Virus record (IMG/VR): IMGVR_UViG_3300020577_007013
Source of the DNA: a virus
Taxonomy: Duplodnaviria; Caudoviricetes
DNA: 64,000 nucleotides
Reading direction: 5' to 3' (one strand)
Below the pieces are notes generated by a model. That model saw only the letters and a program-made list of their open reading frames with translations, ran no database searches and was not told the DNA's origin. The first letter of the stretch is position 1, and each line of letters starts with the position of its first letter. A program made the position numbers and the translations under genes. Shown here one piece after another: positions 63,308 to 64,000 of the stretch.

Positions 63308-63335
63308 TCTGATTCGAGAATATCAGATTTTTTTT
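63308..63335 (+). terminator. hairpin followed by T8 (possible intrinsic terminator)
   Basis: TCTGAT..ATCAGA-TTTTTTTT. Confidence 0.4.
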
Positions 63336-63344
63336 GCTTCTTTA

Positions 63345-64000
63345 GTGTCCTACATCTCTATTTCTAGAGTTGCTTCCTGACTCAACGAAACATGACTTGG
63401 AACGAGTTCGAAAGAACTCGAGACAGTGGTCTTTTTCTCCTCAGGTGTACCATTAGAGACCCTAATGGAATTGATTTTAGACTGCCCAATTAACAGTATA
63501 GTTTTTGCTGCTTTAATATCTCTGTCTTCCTCAAGTCCACATTCGCATTTGTAGAGCCGAGTTTTCAAGCCTATGGAATTTATTTTTCCACAAGCGTAAC
63601 AGAGTTTTGTAGTCGGTTCAAATCGCCCTATTACTTGAGTGCTTTCGAGATTTTTAAGTCTTGCTTTTATTGCCCCAAGAGCTGACGTCTGAACTGCTCT
63701 TCCGAATATTCCTTTGTGCCATCCTTTTAAATTTTCGTCTTGAATATAAATTTTGTCGTATGAGCTCTTGAGATGTGAAACGATTTTGTTTGCTTTGTCT
63801 CTTTTTTTATTCGAAAGACTCTCATATTCTTTCTTAACTTTCTTCAGAACTTTGAAGCGATTTTTACTTCCCTTTTGTTTTCTAGAGAAGTGTCTTTGAA
63901 GTCTCTTAAGCTTTTCAGACTCTTTCACTTCTACTCTGAAAGTCTCTCCGTCTGAAGTCGTGACAGTGTTCTTGATTCCCATGTCGATTCCGACTTCTTT
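63345..64000 (-). mobile_element. solo tnpB element copy 2 (partial; runs off the window)
   Basis: Close paralog of 13166-13821, including the right end GTAGGACAC. Confidence 0.85.
63350..64000 (-). CDS. tnpB: TnpB C-terminal part (5' end outside the window)
   Basis: GIDMG, IQDE, DRD, Zn finger; near-identical to copy 1. Confidence 0.9.
   Translation of the reverse strand, partial: KEVGIDMGIKNTVTTSDGETFRVEVKESEKLKRLQRHFSRKQKGSKNRFKVLKKVKKEYESLSNKKRDKANKIVSHLKSSYDKIYIQDENLKGWHKGIFGRAVQTSALGAIKARLKNLESTQVIGRFEPTTKLCYACGKINSIGLKTRLYKCECGLEEDRDIKAAKTILLIGQSKINSIRVSNGTPEEKKTTVSSSFELVPSHVSLSQEATLEIEM

Noticed and set aside
1-64000. tRNA, rRNA or CRISPR array
   Set aside because: No cloverleaf/T-loop context or regularly spaced repeat-spacer units seen by eye; GGTTCG at ~13748 belongs to the tnpB RNA hairpin. 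tRNAscan was not run.
1-64000. Alternative genetic code (stop-codon reassignment)
   Set aside because: Recognisable enzymes are full length in code 11, and TAA, TAG and TGA all end genes with tight coupling

Overview
The window is a gene-dense, AT-rich segment of a large (jumbo-like) lytic dsDNA phage genome using the standard genetic code. I saw no capsid, terminase, polymerase, tRNA or CRISPR sequence. Two interleaved gene classes are visible. (1) Mostly + strand islands whose first gene follows an ACTAA-N5/6-ATG motif (candidate late promoter giving leaderless mRNA). They encode about 30 otherwise unrelated small proteins that share an N-terminal tag M-x(0-3)-Y-[KR]-[SPR]-[LKF]-F-(x)-E. 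The tag resembles the T4 capsid-targeting sequence and is also attached to a GNAT, a nucleotidyltransferase, an LRR protein and an amphipathic-helix protein. (2) Long - strand operons behind a TTCGAA...TCTA-N-(T/G)ATAAT motif (candidate early promoter). They encode about 18 small proteins sharing a C-terminal Y-K-E-K-(L/V)-x-x-L helix, an RNA/tRNA repair set (Pnkp, two RNA ligases, RlaP-like NTase, Thg1, CCA enzyme, Pth2), an Apyc1-like anti-Pycsar enzyme, nucleotide-processing enzymes, SSB, a RecB-like nuclease and an AAA ATPase. Three solo tnpB elements and a Hef-like homing endonuclease are also present. All family calls come from motif recognition by eye, not database searches. Several starts are revised relative to the supplied ORF track.
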